From assembly GCA_951406725.2 (NCBI GenBank), contig OX597832.1, positions 57,226,001-57,290,000 on the forward strand: DNA of 64,000 nt, read 5' to 3'. How positions within the stretch are numbered: position 1 is the first letter of the stretch; every line of letters starts with the position of its first letter. Source of the stretch: Octopus vulgaris. Lineage: Eukaryota. The position numbers were made by a program, and so were the translations under genes. This document shows positions 1 through 50,275 of the stretch, piece after piece. The notes below the pieces were generated by a model. The model saw nothing but the letters and a program-made list of their open reading frames with translations. It made no database searches and had not been told where the DNA came from.

Positions 1-163
1 TTTGTAAACTGGTTTTATTAAATGAATTTCCTTACAGATGAGGAGATTTGTGTGCTCGTACTGCGGATTTCCGCTCGTATTTCAAGACAAAAATTTGCAC
101 GAGTCTCGGCTCGTACAGCAAATTACTCGTATAATGGGGCACTCATACTGCAAGGTTCTGCTG
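1..163. mobile_element. End of a Tc1/pogo(Tigger)-like MITE
   Basis: Repeated ctcgta motifs ending ...caaggttctgctg followed by TA. Confidence 0.45.
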
Positions 164-1317
164 TATGTGTTTAGCATTATTTAATCATGCAGTTTACTAG
201 TTTATCTGATTGAAATATTCTTACATTCTGTTCTACAGCATATCTAGCTGCGTTTGAATTATTGAGTTCAGTCAGAAGTATGTGTGTATGGCTATGATGT
301 ATCTCCTTGCCCTCTCTCTCTTTCTGTGTGTGTGTGAAAAATATACGTGCTTATGTTTTGAGTTTCGTTTTTCCTGTTTGTATCACCAAACCTATATATA
401 TATTAGAATGTTTGGAGATGATGTACATGTATTGTATATTATAAGAAACAAGGTACTCAGAAATCTGGATGGTTTTATATTTACAGATTTTTATTAATAT
501 GTCACATGTTTTTATAAATCATATATCAGCGCTTGCATCCACTCTAGTGGATTCTTCAGATTGAATTTTTTGAGGAAATTCGTCTCTTTTTATAGTATTA
601 TTGAGTGTGTATGGGTGGAGAGAGATATAGGATAATAAAAGAGGGTGAGGAATGGGGAGAAAGTGAGAGAGAGAGTGTGCACGCGTGTGCCTTTGTATCT
701 GAAAAGAGTGTCAATGGAAAAGAGAAGAGAAGGAAGAGAGAAAGAAGAAAAAATGTGTTTACTTCTATATAGCTGGTCAGTTCTTTCAATAGAAAGTTAT
801 TCTTGGCCTTTAGAAATGGCAAAACCAGGTGGCCAAGCAACAGGATATCAAGTAGTGATGCAGTATGACTGCTTCAAGTGGCTCCATTTAATTGAACAAT
901 GCAATCATTACATTAATTTAAAGTCTACTGCAACAAATTCTGTCTGACCCATGCAAGTACGGAAAAGCAGCCATTAGAGCGGTGGTGATGAGGACGACAA
1001 TAGTGACAGTGATGATGATGATGACGACGATGGTGACGATGATGACGATTACGATGACAGCAATGATGAAGATGATGATGACAATGATGAAGAGAAAGAT
1101 TAGGATGGTGGTGACGATGACGACAACACCGATGACGAAGGTGAAACTTTTTTATGATTTGTGAAAATATGTGACAGGAAAAATAAAAATAAAAAAAAAT
1201 ACTTAAGACAAAATATGAAACCGGGACAGCATGAAAACTCTTTTTAGTTATAAAAACTGCAATAATCTGCAAGAGAAACCATACAGAGATTAGGATATAG
1301 CAAGTGCTAAAAAAGAT

Positions 1318-1545
1318 ATACATACATACATACTTACACACACACACATACAAATACATGCATACATACACACATACACACACACACACAAATACATACA
1401 TACATACATACATACATACATACACACACACACAAATACATATATACACACACATACATACAAGCATACATACACTCACATGAACACACATACATATACA
1501 CACACATGCACACACATACACACACATATACACACATACATACAC

Positions 1546-1600
<55 letters not shown>

Positions 1601-2105
1601 TACATATATACATACTTACACATACATACACACACACACACACACAAATACATATATACACACACATACATACACGCATACATACACTCACATGCACACA
1701 CATACACACATACATATACAAACACATGCACACACATACACATATACACACATACATACACACATGCATACAAACTTACACACACATACACACACACACA
1801 CACACACAAATACATACATACATACTTACACACACATACACAAATACATATATACACACACATACATACACGCATACATACACTCACATGCACACACATA
1901 CATATACACACACATGCACACACATACACATATACACACACATATACACACATACATACACACATGCACACACATGCATACACATACACACATGCACATA
2001 CATACACACACACATGCACACACACACATACACACATACATACATACAAACACACATGCACACATACACACATACACATATACCCACGTACATACATACA
2101 TACAT
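1318..2105. repeat. Compound (CA)n/(CATA)n microsatellite with higher-order repetition
   Basis: Directly visible. Confidence 0.95.
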
Positions 2106-2715
2106 ATTTTATAGCATCAGTTCACCTGTAGAAATGAAAATAATGGTAAACCAGGAAATGTCACTAAAACACTGATTTACTGCAAAGACTATCACACAGG
2201 AATGCAGGAATCAAATGGAACTGTTTTGCTTGCGGCAGAAAACATTTGATATAAAAGTGAAGTCACCAACGTAGATTAGATACCGAAAATCTGACACAGG
2301 AAATCGGACAGGAAGTGCAGCCATTTACTGTCAAAATGTCACACAGTGGCACAGGGGTATAGTTTTTGTCTTTCTTTCTTCTTTTTCCTTTTTTTTTTTT
2401 TGAATAATTTCAGTCATTGGACTGTGGCCGTGCTGGGGCACTGCTTTGAAAGGGTTTTAAGAATAACTAACCACTGTCTTGAAGATATGTATGTATGCAT
2501 GAATGTATGTATGTATGTATGTATGTATGTGTGTGTGTGTATGTATGTGTGTATGTATGTATAGAAGTATGCTTTCTATGTTTTTTGTTTTCATTTCTCA
2601 TTGTGTTCAACGTTTTTTTGATGTCCTGTACCCATATATACATGTATATATACATATATATGTAGGTATGTACATACATGTATGTATATATATGCATATA
2701 TTTGTATATTATTTA

Positions 2716-4420
2716 TAGTATCGCCCGGCGTTGCTCGGCGCTGGAATTGTAATTTTGAAAAGTAAAAATTTTGTGAACATTTTTCTGGTCGAAATACACC
2801 GAAAAGTGGCGACACAGCAGTGAAAAAATCGTAAAAAATAGGGATTTTCATAGAAAAAAGCAGCTTTTTGATGTAAATAATTTTTGGTGTTAACATGGTC
2901 CGATTTGAATTTTATGTTCTACGGAAGGAAGAGCAACCCTTCTTCTATCATACTTTCAATTTTGGTCAACTTGCGCCGCAGGGTCTCGGAGGAGATAGTG
3001 TTAGTTGAAGGTTACCAAATGTGACGCACACAGACAACTTCAGCTTTATATAGAGATAACACACACACATTAATACACATACATAGACACACACACACAT
3101 GTATGTATGGATGTATATATGTACATCTGTCCACTTCTTGCAATATTTTTATCCTTCACTTCCTACACACACACACACACACCTTATTAGCTTACAATTT
3201 CTTTCTGTCAACAATTGACAACAGAAGTACGCTCACCAATTAATACTACCAAAATTTAACGACAGAAAGTAAATTAAAAACCAATTTACCTTTTCTGTAT
3301 TGTTATGGCAATTCGACCGTCGGTGTGTTTTTGCAAATGTGTTCGAATGAGAAGTGAGTTGTGTTTGGCGCCTTTTTTACTAATAACAAACACACACATG
3401 TGTGTGTGTTTGAGTGTTTGTATGTAGTTGTTTGAAACGTTTGTGTTTGTCACTGTATATATGTATGTGTATGCGTGTGTGTGAGGAATGGCAAACCAGA
3501 TAGATAGCGCGCGAAGTTCTTTTGAAGTTCGCGCTCCGCTTGTGTGTGTGTGTGTGCGTGCTTTAGGTGTACGTAGGTATGTGTTTTTGTGTGTGTGTCA
3601 CTGAAGCCATACATACATATATACATACATAACCTCTCTCTCTCTTTTCTCTCTCAGTCACTCACTACAAAAAGTGAATAAAAAAAGTTCAGTTATCTCT
3701 GTCTTTCACACATACACACACAGCACAACATTACTCTCTCTGTCTCTTTACACACACTAACAAAAGCACTTCACTTACACACCACACTTTCTGTGTCACA
3801 CACCCCATCAAACACACACACACACACACACACACTCACGCACGCACACATGTACATCAATGCTTTCGGAGTGAAATGTTAAAATATTGAGTTTTCTCGA
3901 ATTTTGTCTTAATTGGGGGTGAATTGAAAGAAATTTTGTATGGCATGACCGAATGGAAGTACTTGTAAAAATCATAGGTAAACTGTAATTGAAGAAATTG
4001 TGTGAGGAGTAAATCGTTATGTATTTATTTGTTTCTGTTTGCTGTTTTTTTTTTTGAGTAGTGGTTTAAGTACACTTCTCTCGTTTTATATAAATACTTT
4101 CACTTTAATCGTTGCACACTTGCAAAGAGAAAGGAGAAATTAGGGTGATAGCATGAGTGAAGCATTTCGCTCCGTTTGTGTGTGTGTGTGTGTGTGTGCT
4201 GTAGCCCACACTAAGAAAAGCACTTCACTTACACACCACAATGAGTTTTCTCGAAATTTTGCTTAATTGGGGGTGAAATTTGAAAAACCATACCTGGCAC
4301 GACCCGATGTATTCTACTCTTAAAAATGCTAGGTAAATTGTAACTGAAGAAATCCTATATTGTAGATTTCTATAAGATACAAAGAGAGGCAGATAAAATC
4401 TGCCTTTTATAATAAGAGAT
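2716..4420 (-). mobile_element. Non-autonomous Helitron-like element(s)
   Basis: The minus strand starts a/TCTCTTATTATAAAAGGCAG, with a second 5'-like end near 3057. It ends with the GC hairpin gccgagcaacgccgggc just before a degenerate CTA terminus. Confidence 0.5.
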
Positions 4421-4422
4421 TT

Positions 4423-4795
4423 ATATGTATGTATGTGTGTATGTATATGTGTGGATGTATGTGTGTGTATGTATGTATGTATGCATGCATGCATGTATGT
4501 TTGCGTATGTATGTATGTATATGTGTATGTATGTGTATGTGTATGTATGTATGCATGCATGCATGCATGTATGTATGTGTTTATGTATGTATATGTGTAT
4601 GTATGTATATGTGTATGTATGTATGTATGCATGTATGTATGTATATGTGTGTGTATGTATGTATGTATATGTATGTGTGTATGTATGCATATATGTATAT
4701 GTGTGTGTGTATGTATGTATATGTATGCGTGTATGTTTGTATATGTGCGTGTGTGTATGTATGTATGTGTGTGTGTGTGTGTGTGTATGTATGTG
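4423..4795. repeat. Compound (TATG)n/(TG)n microsatellite
   Basis: Directly visible. Confidence 0.95.
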
Positions 4796-5327
4796 GATAT
4801 CCCAAAGGGATGAAAAGCAAAGTCGACCTCTGCAGAATCTGAACTCAGAATCTAAAGATGGACAAAATGCCACTACGCATCATCTTCGGCATGCTAACGA
4901 TTCTGCCAACTCCCTGCTTTATTGTCAGAGAAATATTGACATTAATGATTGGTTCTTTTATGTTTCTAACGATATTTTAATAAATTTTTCAGCATGAATT
5001 ACATCTCTTATGCCAATTAGTCAAGTGTTTAAGTTTTAACGATCGATCTTATTAATTATGTATCTAGATGAAGCTTTGTATATTTATGCAGTGAAGCAAT
5101 TTGCTTTTGAGGAGACAGGGAGTGAGCTTTTATGTGGTTGACTTCACCTGCTAGAAATAGCAGTTGGTTCTCTTTTGGCTTAAATCTTGTTGTATAGGAC
5201 GTGTTGAATGTAATGTAGTTTGAGATCTGCTTCTATATAAAAGAGAGAAAAAAAAAAGAGGCAGGATGGCCGAGTCTGGAATGTGTTTTGATAAAAGGTT
5301 TGTATGATCAGGGTTGCCCGATGACTA

Positions 5328-5845
5328 CAGAAGGCGAAGTAGGAGAAGAGAAGGAGGAAGAAGTGAAAAGAAGAAGAAGCAGGCAAAGAGGAGGAGGAGG
5401 AGAGAAAGGTTGAGAAGAAGAAGAAGGATGTAGAAGAACAAGAAGTGGAGGAGGAGGAAGAGGAGGAGTAGGAGGAGAAGAAGAAGTAGAAGAAGTAGAG
5501 GAGGAAGAGAAGCAGAAGAAAAAGAAGAAGTAGAGCAGGAGGAGAAGAAGAAGAAGAAGAAGAAGAAGAAGAAGAAGAAGGAAGTAGCGGAGGAGGAAAA
5601 GAGAAAGAGGAAGAAGTGAAAAGAAGAAGAAGAAGGAGGCAAAGAGGAGGAGGAGAGAAAGGTTGAGAAGAAGAAGGAGGAGAAGAAAGATGTAGAAGAA
5701 CAAGAAGCGGAGGAGGAGGGGGGAGATGAAGAAGAAGAAGAAGAAGAAAAAGAAGGATGTAGAAGAAGAAGAAGGCAGAGAGGAGCAAAAAGAAGAACCA
5801 CAACAATTTCAACAACAGCAACAACAAAACAACAACGACAACAGT
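5328..5845. repeat. (GAA)n/(GAG)n purine tract
   Basis: Directly visible. Confidence 0.95.
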
Positions 5846-6391
5846 TTGTTTTAGAAGTTGTGAAAATGCCATGGGAACGTGTAAAGCTGCTGGCGCCCAT
5901 GGTTTCTTCGATAGACATTAGTCTTTGAATGCATAAAAGTAAAATAGGAGAAAAGAGATGGGACTTGGCTCTAATTATTGTGTTCCTTCCTGAGGACGGA
6001 ACTCATTATTTATAAACAACCAGAGACTGAGCAAAGCCGTGGGTATCTGTGTTATCTTTTGGCTTCCAGCTTTTACTTGCTTCAGTCACCAAACTGTGGC
6101 CAAGCTGGGGCACTGTCTCGAAGTGTTTTAATTGAATGAAATCGGTCCCAGTACTTATTATATTGGACTCTTTTGTTGAACTGCTAAGTTACAGGTGCAG
6201 TCATGGGTGTGTGGAAAGAAGCTTGCTTCCCAGCCACATGGTTCTGGGTTCGGTCCCACTCCATGGTAGCTTGGGTAGGTGTCTTCTACAATAGCCTCGA
6301 GCTGACAAAAACCTTGTGAGTGTATTTGGTAGACAGAAACTGAAAGAAGCCCTCATGTGTATATATATATATATATACACACACACACATT

Positions 6392-6433
<42 letters not shown>

Positions 6434-7405
6434 CATCATCATCATCCAGTGTTTTAAATTCGGGTTTTGTCTCCGATAACGGGGGTGGCTGGATCTACCT
6501 CAACGCCATAGCAACTGATGTAGGCAGATACAGCCCAGCCCAACCTTTGGGCTGTCTGGCTGGTTGGTGCCCATTCTCCTTTGCTATCATGAGGCTTTTT
6601 TAGAGCTGGATTTTCTACGGGGAGCATGCTTGCCCCCAACCTCAGTTTCTAGACATGAGTGGTTCTGAGATCAAGGCCTCTACCATGATTTTTAAGAAAT
6701 GTGGTGGAAAACTAGCTCAGGAAGGCAGGGACACTACTCCCTGAGACTCCTTTCAAAGCCCCGCTACATATTAATTAATAATGAAGGGTACTACTTGTAG
6801 CACCAGCATGCTAAAAATAGCAGTCAAATGACTCAAAACCACAGTTTACACTTGTACACAAGAGCAGAATCAGGCCAATGGGCAGTCAAATTTTAAAACA
6901 CCCGTACCATAGACGGAAAGAATAGAAAATGAAATCAGACATATCCATATCACAGTGATCCTGAACTATGTGAATGATCACTTTGTTCTCGTCAGTGAGT
7001 AACCCTGATCTTGCGGCACTTAAAATTATTATCTAGCACAAGGATGAAGCGGGTAGGTTTTTGGCCCTAAATCCTGGGGTCAATTTCTTAGACTAAAACC
7101 CTTTATGGTAGTGCTCCAGCAAGGCCTCAGTTAAATTTCCTTCTTTCCTCCCTTCCTTCTGTCCTTCTCTTTTTCTCTATTGCTCCCTTTCGCTTTCTTA
7201 CTCTTTCTTTGTCCCCCCTCTCACTTTCTTTGTCTCTCTATCTCTCCCTCTCTATCTGTATTTCTCTCCATTTGTCTTTCAGCCTTTTCCTGACTCTCTG
7301 TTTTTCTTTCTCTCTGTCTGTCCATCTATCTGTCTGTCTGTCCGTCTGTCTGACTGTCTATCAGTCTGTCTATCTACCTACCTACCTACCTACCTACCTA
7401 CCTAC

Positions 7406-7477
<72 letters not shown>

Positions 7478-7641
7478 TTATCTCTCTCTCTATATATATT
7501 TCTTTCTTTCTATCTATCTATCTATCTTTTTTTTTTTTTTTAACCTTCAAAAGAAAAGCTCTACCTTGTAATTTGTTCTATCTGTGTGCAGCCCTGTGTG
7601 GCTAATAAAGAAACATATCTATCTATCTCTCTTTCTTTCTA

Positions 7642-7700
<59 letters not shown>

Positions 7701-7803
7701 ATATCCCCCCTCTCTCTCTCTCTAATTTCTATCTGCATCCGTCCTCCTCTCTCGTTGAATGTTTAATTAATTAATTATGCGTTTAATTGCTTTGTTCTTA
7801 CAG

Positions 7804-42848
<35,045 letters not shown>

Positions 42849-42977
42849 AGCACAGGAATTATCTCCCTTTGAAACAATTGCCTCCCTTTAAAGATATCTC
42901 TGGATATAATTTTCCTTCCATTTTATATCTCTACCATTGTCATCATAAATGTTTTATTCAATATCATCTCCGATTTC

Positions 42978-42983
42978 ATTAAA
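42978..42983 (+). terminator. Possible polyadenylation signal (ATTAAA) of the tubulin gene
   Basis: ATTAAA about 130 nt after the stop codon, followed by T-rich sequence. Confidence 0.35.
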
Positions 42984-43176
42984 AGCTAACTTGTACTAAC
43001 AAAAAGCCTGGACTATTTTTATTGAATTTATTCAGTATTATTTCTTTCTTAATATTACATATATTGCTGCTTCGGTGGCCCAGTAGGCATGGGCGTTGAA
43101 AAGTAGTGATACAACACATAGGTGGTGGCTTCAAGTCTCTTCCAGGAATTATAAGAGATCTTGTTAAAAATTTTAA

Positions 43177-43580
43177 GGCGCAGGAGTGGCTGTGTGGTAA
43201 GTAGCTTGCTTACCATCTACATGGTTCTGGGTTCGTTCCCACTGCGTGGCACCTTGGACAGGTGTCTTCTATTATAGCCTCGGGCCGACCAAAGCCTTGT
43301 GAATGGATTTGGTAGACGGAAACTGAAAGAAGCCCGTCGTATATATGTATGTATATATGTATGTGTGTGTATATGTTTGTGTGTCTGTGTTTGTCCCCCC
43401 CCCACAACATCGCTTCACAACCGATGCTGGTGTGTTTACGTCCCTGTAATTAGCGGCTCGGCAAAAGAGACCGATAGAATAAGTACTAGGCTTACAAAGA
43501 ATAAGTCCTGGGGTCGATTTGCTCGACTAAGGGCGGTGCTCTAGCATGGCCGCAGTCAAATGACTGAAACAAGTAAAGAG
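43177..43580 (+). mobile_element. SINE family A, full-length
   Basis: Same consensus as 34669-35090. Confidence 0.9.
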
Positions 43581-43651
<71 letters not shown>

Positions 43652-43855
43652 GTGACCGCGTGTGTACCGTTGGCGATTTTTTCCCTCTGTCTTCTCTTCT
43701 CTGGATCTTTCCTTTTCCTATGTTTCCGACGAAGAGCTCCGCTCAAAACGTAAAAGCCTCCTTATTCCCTTCCTTCCCGAGCGTCCAATAATACTATATT
43801 TATTCCATGTCCTCGCGTTTTCTCTTTGTGTTTTCATGTTTGGATTAACTTTATA

Positions 43856-43923
<68 letters not shown>

Positions 43924-44059
43924 TAAATGCTGGATTTATGGCCCTGTTGTATCATCAGATCGAAGTACAGCTGTAGTTTTCACTGTGTTTACCTAAGATC
44001 AGATTATTGTTTCCCCCAATCACTGCAATTTCTTTTTCTAATATAAATTGTTTGAAATT

Positions 44060-44615
44060 ATGTTTTTTAAACTACTGCTTTCAATTATGGTCACCCTGCA
44101 CTGTAGGATAAATAGTAGAGCTTGAAGCTGTTCAGAGATACTTCACGAGGAAGATTGCATCAATGGAATAGCTGAGCTACTGGGTGAGACCGAAAGAGCT
44201 ACGACTGTGCTTCTTGGAGCGAGAGGTACGCAGTGATATATGTATGGAAGATACTGGAGGGGCTGGTACCAAACTTTAGAATTGAGAGTTATACCAGACC
44301 TCGAAACGGACGTCACTGCACTGTTCCAAAAGTCCCAGCTGTCTCATCTAGGGCGAGGACAATGTACTGCAATAGCTTGGGATTCAAGGGTCCACAGCTA
44401 TTTAACTCCTTGCCAAAACATCTGAGGGACCTCTTACCATCCAAGATCCCAGATGAACCAATATCAAGGCAGGAAACACAAAAGAGGGCAGCGATATCGA
44501 ACTCCCTCCTTCGCCAGAAGCCAAATCCATAGAATCGGCCAATTAAAAGATGATTATAATGGCGGTACCCCAGCATACCCACAGCCTCAAGGCTAAAACA
44601 TAAAAGAATAATAAA
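44060..44615 (+). mobile_element. Degenerate CR1/Jockey-group LINE 3' fragment
   Basis: ELEAVQRYFTRKI..IYVWKILEGLVPN..GPQLFNSLPKHLRD, with frameshifts. Confidence 0.75.
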
Positions 44616-46076
44616 CTGCATTTTTCTTTCCTATTACAAATAGATTTTAATCTTGAGTTATTGCCCTTGCTCAGCTGATCTCTCTCTTTTTTTTTACTTT
44701 ATTCAAAATTTTCTTCTCTCTGATACTGATGTTAGCACGTCAGGCAAAATGCTTATGGACACTTATCCGCCTTTACGTTCTGAGTTCAAATTCCACCAAG
44801 GTCGACTTTGCTTTTTATATTTTCGGAGTCGATGAAATAAATACCAGTTGAGCACTGGGGTCGATGTAACAAACATTCCCCTCACCGCCAAAATCTCAAG
44901 TGTTGTATCTCAAGTAGAAATGATTTATTTCCAGTTAACCCGTCTTCCACAGTAGATATATTACTTCTTACTTCATTATTCACTATATTTAATTTTGATT
45001 CTTTTTGTCGTTGAATGACCCAACATCAGAAACTACCTGAACACACTGTATTTGATGGCAGACAAAACGCACTTTTTTCCAAACGTATTTTTCCAAAGAA
45101 TTGTGTTAAAAAGTCATCGTGCTCTATATGCGAAGTTGGGTCTATAATACGCGCTTCAATGAACGAAAACCATTTTTTATTCTCGAATATGTGTTGCTGA
45201 AATATACCCGTGTAAATTCTATGTCTTCAAATGCAGTAGGGACGGCGGTGGTACAACGAATAAAATTTACTGCATTTTTGACTTCGAGAATAAAATACTT
45301 TTTACAAATGGTTATTACCTATAACATATTCAGTGTGGTGTTATAAGCCAGGCTGTGTTGTAGGGAAAGATCGAAAGTGAGAGAATAGGCATGTCCTGTC
45401 GGAAGTGGGACCTGTGGATACCACTAGAAGTGCGGCGGTGGACATGCGGCATTCAATGAAGTACGAGGGTCAGTCGGCGGCGATGCAACGAAACGATTTC
45501 AAAAAGGTAAGGAAAAAATAGCAAAATTAAGAAATCCTACCTTTTGCCCCACCTCCGAATTATACTTTTCATCCCCATGTATCGATAATATAAAGTGTTA
45601 AATTCGTTTCAATGGCCCCTACGCTTTTTCTTATAGCTTATTGGTATTCTTGTTTAGCTCACGTTAGCCTTGGTTGCACAGACTTATGACTGCACAGTCT
45701 ACCTACATATACACACAGTATATCTACTATTTTATTATTTAAAATGCTCTTTCGTTTTACAGAGATAGTTGAGCAGGACTTGAGTGAGATTTCGTTGCTA
45801 ATTTCAACAAGTCCAGTGACCATGTAAAGTCCCCCGCTTGATGGATTTTTAAGACATGAGTCTAAAATATTGTCTTGATATATACTGAATTGTCACGCAT
45901 TTAATTATCTTAACTATGGAACTTTTATTAAGATATAGAATGCAGAGAATTATTTAAATGCTATTTTCTGCAGGCTGAGCGAATACGTGCAGGCTGTATT
46001 GTTCAGGGGTTGAAGAAAGTTAATGAAACTAAGAACATTGCATAAACAAACTTTTTTTAAAAAATTAAACTTTGTC

Positions 46077-46234
46077 AGGAGTGTGGCTATCTGGTAAGTA
46101 GCTTGCTTACCAGCCACTGGGTTCCGTGTTCAGTCCCACTTCGTGGCACCTTGGGTACGTGTCTTCTACTATAGCCTCTACTACAAATCCACTCACAAGT
46201 GGATTTGGTAGACGGAAACTGAAAGAAGCCCGTC

Positions 46235-46294
<60 letters not shown>

Positions 46295-46432
46295 TACGTC
46301 CCCGTAACTCAGCGGTTCGGCAAAAGCGACCGCAAAGAATAAGTCCTGGGGGGGGGGGTCGATTTGTTCTACTAAAAGCGGTGCTCCAGCATGGCCGCAG
46401 TCAAATGACTGAAACATGTAAAGGAAAAGAAT
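46077..46432 (+). mobile_element. SINE family A, internally deleted
   Basis: Head and tail match the consensus. Confidence 0.8.
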
Positions 46433-47090
46433 ATAGTAGATCTTTCGAAATAAAGATTTAGTTTTTAAGATAGTGATTGTTTCATTCGGTATACTTTTAG
46501 CACATATTTTTTGAAGAGTTCCCATTAAAGGGACAAAGGCCAGAACAGAAATATAAATTCAGTTAGATATCGAGGTGTTTTCAATAATTTCTAACGCTGT
46601 GAATAGATTAAAAAGAAACAATATATATCTAACTACGAAGCACTAAATAGAACGGTCAGCAAATGTAAGGGAGATAATCTCTTTATGAGTTGCTTCCCTT
46701 TAAAGCAACGCATTCTAAGTTCTTCAGAAAGTTATCTTTATAGCTAAAATATTTTCCTCCTCCTACTTATACTCCTCTCTGTCCTCCTCCTGCTGCACTT
46801 CCTTTTACTCATCACCGTCCGTCTCCAATTTTGGATATATAAAATATCCCAGAAACAGCTGTAAGACCTTCTATTTATAAATGTTCTAAAATCTTTCACA
46901 GCCTTGGATTTTTATCTCATTCTGTTAATTCTTATATATACACATGCTGATATATGACCTACGTTGGAATCCTTATTCACATAATCACCGAACCTGGAGG
47001 TCAACTATAGTCTGTCCATAGCACTTACTCAGCATTACCTGACACCTTTAGGTCTTATTGACACCATTACCTCTCATAACCTCTCTCTCC

Positions 47091-47127
<37 letters not shown>

Positions 47128-47485
47128 TTCTTTTATCAGTCATTTGACTGTGGTCATGCTGGAGGACCGCCTTTAGACGAAGAAATCAACCCATGATTTA
47201 TTCTTTGTAAGCCTAGTACTTATTCTATCGGCCTCTTTTGCTGAACTGCTAAGTTACAGGGATGTAAACACATCAACATCGGTGGTTAAGCAATAGTGCG
47301 GGGACAAACACACACATACATATACAATGGGCTTCTTTCAGATTCCGTCAACCAAATCCATCACAAGGCTTTGGTTGGCTCAAGGCTATAATAGAAGACA
47401 CTTGCCCAAGGTGCCATGCAGTGGGTCTGAACCCGGAACAATGTGATTGAGAAGCAGGCTTCTTATCACACAGCTATACCTGCAC
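47128..47485 (-). mobile_element. SINE family A
   Basis: Reverse complement of the consensus. Confidence 0.8.
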
Positions 47486-47645
47486 CTAATCATCATCATC
47501 ATCATCATCGTTTAGCGTCCGTTTTCCATGCTAGCATAGGTTGGACGGTTCTACTGGGGTCTGTGAAGCCAGAAGGCTTCATCAGGCCCAGTCAAATCTG
47601 GCAGTGTTTCTACGGCTGGATGCCCTTCCTAACGCCTAATATATT

Positions 47646-47697
<52 letters not shown>

Positions 47698-50026
47698 GGA
47701 AGAGAGAGAGATAAGATAGGTAGATGTACAATGAAAGAGGGAACCGTTTCCCTCATTCATTATAAACTCAACAAACACTGGAATTCCTGAAGTAGATCCA
47801 GTGACACTTATATCAAAATTGTGGATGACATCAGGTAGCCTAAACAGGAAAAGTGCTTTAATCAGCATACTATTAACGCTGTACCCAAAGTCCAAATTAT
47901 TACTCTTATATCTATGCTTTCAGTGTGAATGGTTTTATATAGTGCTGTTTTTACAATCCCGTAAATACTAATAATAGTATTTTTATATAAGTTTAAAGCT
48001 TATGGCGATCACCGTGCAATGGCTAAAGAAAATAGTCTGATAAAGGGGAATATAAGCCCTCAGCAGAAAAAAGGCTTTCCTATCCGTGTTTTAGTCAAAG
48101 TCACTTATGCTATCACTGTCTATAGGTGAACTGCTAGATTATGGGGGATGTAAACAAACCAACACAGGTTGTCAAGCGGTTGGGGATGAAAAAACATAGA
48201 CACACACACACACACATACACATACACACACAAATGACTTGGTAGAAGGCTATAAGATTATCCATCGTCTTCCCAGCAAAAACTTTGGCCATCATTTTGA
48301 ATCCAATATCTCTGTTACCTGAGGACATACTTATGAAATAATACTAATAAAAAAATAACACCACAGCACCAATGACTTTCAGAAATATTTTTTCATGCTC
48401 CGAGGGATGGAACAAACTATGGCACCTGTCCCTTGATTGCTTACTTCCAAACATAATGAATTAAAAATATAAAAAGACGTTTAATGCAAAAACCATTTAT
48501 TTATTTAATGATTACATGCAACAACAACTTTAATATTTTAATCTTGTTTTTAAGTCCTAAGTATCAATATACATCTAATACATATTTATATGAATATTAT
48601 TATCATTATCATTATTATTATTGAGAGAGAAAGCAGTATGTGCCATCAAAGGGACATTGGGGTAAAAATATATGAAGCCCAATATACCCATCATGACTAC
48701 TCATCTGAAAAGGGCACACCAGGCACATGCATCACAAACATATGTGCATGACATGGTATATTCTTATATCAAGATAAACAGTGCATGACCTTGCAGTTGG
48801 GGTCCAGTTACAATTTTCTTCATGTCCAGTAGCCCATCCTACTCAGAAGTTCCCTGAATAAGGATTGATGAACAAAACACCCATGTTTCCAGAAGTGAAT
48901 TATTCAAACCCCCAAGAATTCCTTTCAACACACGGCTATGATGCTCCCCCCACTACTTCTGCTCGTGATCAGAGATGCACATATCGTCAGCCACCAAGGG
49001 ACATGCTCTACTGGTTACAGTCAAATAGCTGACAAGCAAATCTGTGGTATTGAGCAGAATATTTGCTTTAGCCCATCTTTTATACCATAGCAAAACAATA
49101 CACATGATAACACTTCTAATCAGTTAAGATCAGAAGCCATGAGAGCCACTGCCTGGTACTGCATCAGGGCATTGTACCAGTTGTGTACTGGGGTCAATGT
49201 AATCGACTTACCCCTCCCCAACAAAAATTTGTCTTTGTGCCTATAGTAAAAAGGATTATTATTATTAGTATTATCATTATTATTATTATTATTATTACTA
49301 CTACTACTACTTCTATTATTATTATTCTTATCATTATTATTATTAATATTATTATTATTATCATTATTATCATCATCATCATTATTATTATCATCATTAT
49401 TTTTAGCATTATTATTATTATTATTATTATTAGATCAGACTGGGCCTGATGCAGCCTTCTGGCTTCACAGACCCCAGTTGAACCGTCCAACCCATGCTAG
49501 CATGGAAAGCGGACGCTAAATGATGATGATGATGATTATTATTATTATTATTATCATTATTATCATTATTATTATTTATTATTATTATCATTGTTATTAT
49601 TATTATTGTTACTACTACTACTACTATTGATGTTACTGATTGCTATCCATGTTGTTATGTTAATTTACATTTTTTTTTAAAGAACATCATACAAAACATA
49701 CAAAAGTATAAAAGAAAAAGCCAAGTATATAAGAAATCCTTTGAAACTCTCATGTTTGTGTCTTATGAAACTTTTGTAGTCTCCATGATGCAGTCAACAG
49801 AATTAATGTTATGCTTTATCCATTCCAAGTTCTAACAGAACAATGTTGTAACAACCTACAAAGAAAACAGATTTATATTGTTTAAAATTCATGAAATACA
49901 ACAGATATGGATGCTGTGTCTTGTAACACAGTTATTGCAAGTCTATATTGTCTCAGCTAGGATGTCGATTAGAGGGTTGTCATGTTCACTCATGCAATTA
50001 TCAAGGTCTATATATATTGTTTTCGT

Positions 50027-50275
50027 GAAGGCACGTGGCTTAGTGGTTAGGGTGTCAGCATCATGATCGTAAGATTGTGGTTTCAATTCCTGGACCGGGC
50101 GATGCGTTGTGTTCTTGAGCAAAACACTTCATTTCACATTGCTCCAGTCCACTCAGCTGGCAAAAATGAGTAACGCTGCAATGGACTGGCATCCCGTCCA
50201 GCTGGGGAACACATACGCCATTGAACCAGGGAAACTGGGCCCATGAACCTGGCCAGGCATTAAAAGGGCGCATTT
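50027..50275 (+). mobile_element. tRNA-derived SINE family D (also about 31210-31390 +, 63790-63965 +, 55130-55470 -)
   Basis: Head gaaggcacgtggcttagtggttagg, core cttgagcaaaacacttcatttcacattgctccagtccactcagctg, (ttta)n tail. Confidence 0.75.

Noticed and set aside
925-2175. Long ORFs (390 aa and 231 aa) rich in C/V/Y/M or H/T/Y
   Set aside because: Translations of CA/TG microsatellites; open only because the repeats lack stop codons.
2190-2225. Candidate first tubulin exon (QECRNQM, vaguely like GQCGNQ)
   Set aside because: Lacks the invariant glycines and a suitable start and donor; the true first exon is probably upstream of the window.
5985-6040. CTGAGGA...GAGAC hammerhead-like motif
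   Set aside because: The GAAA box and stems are too degenerate to support.
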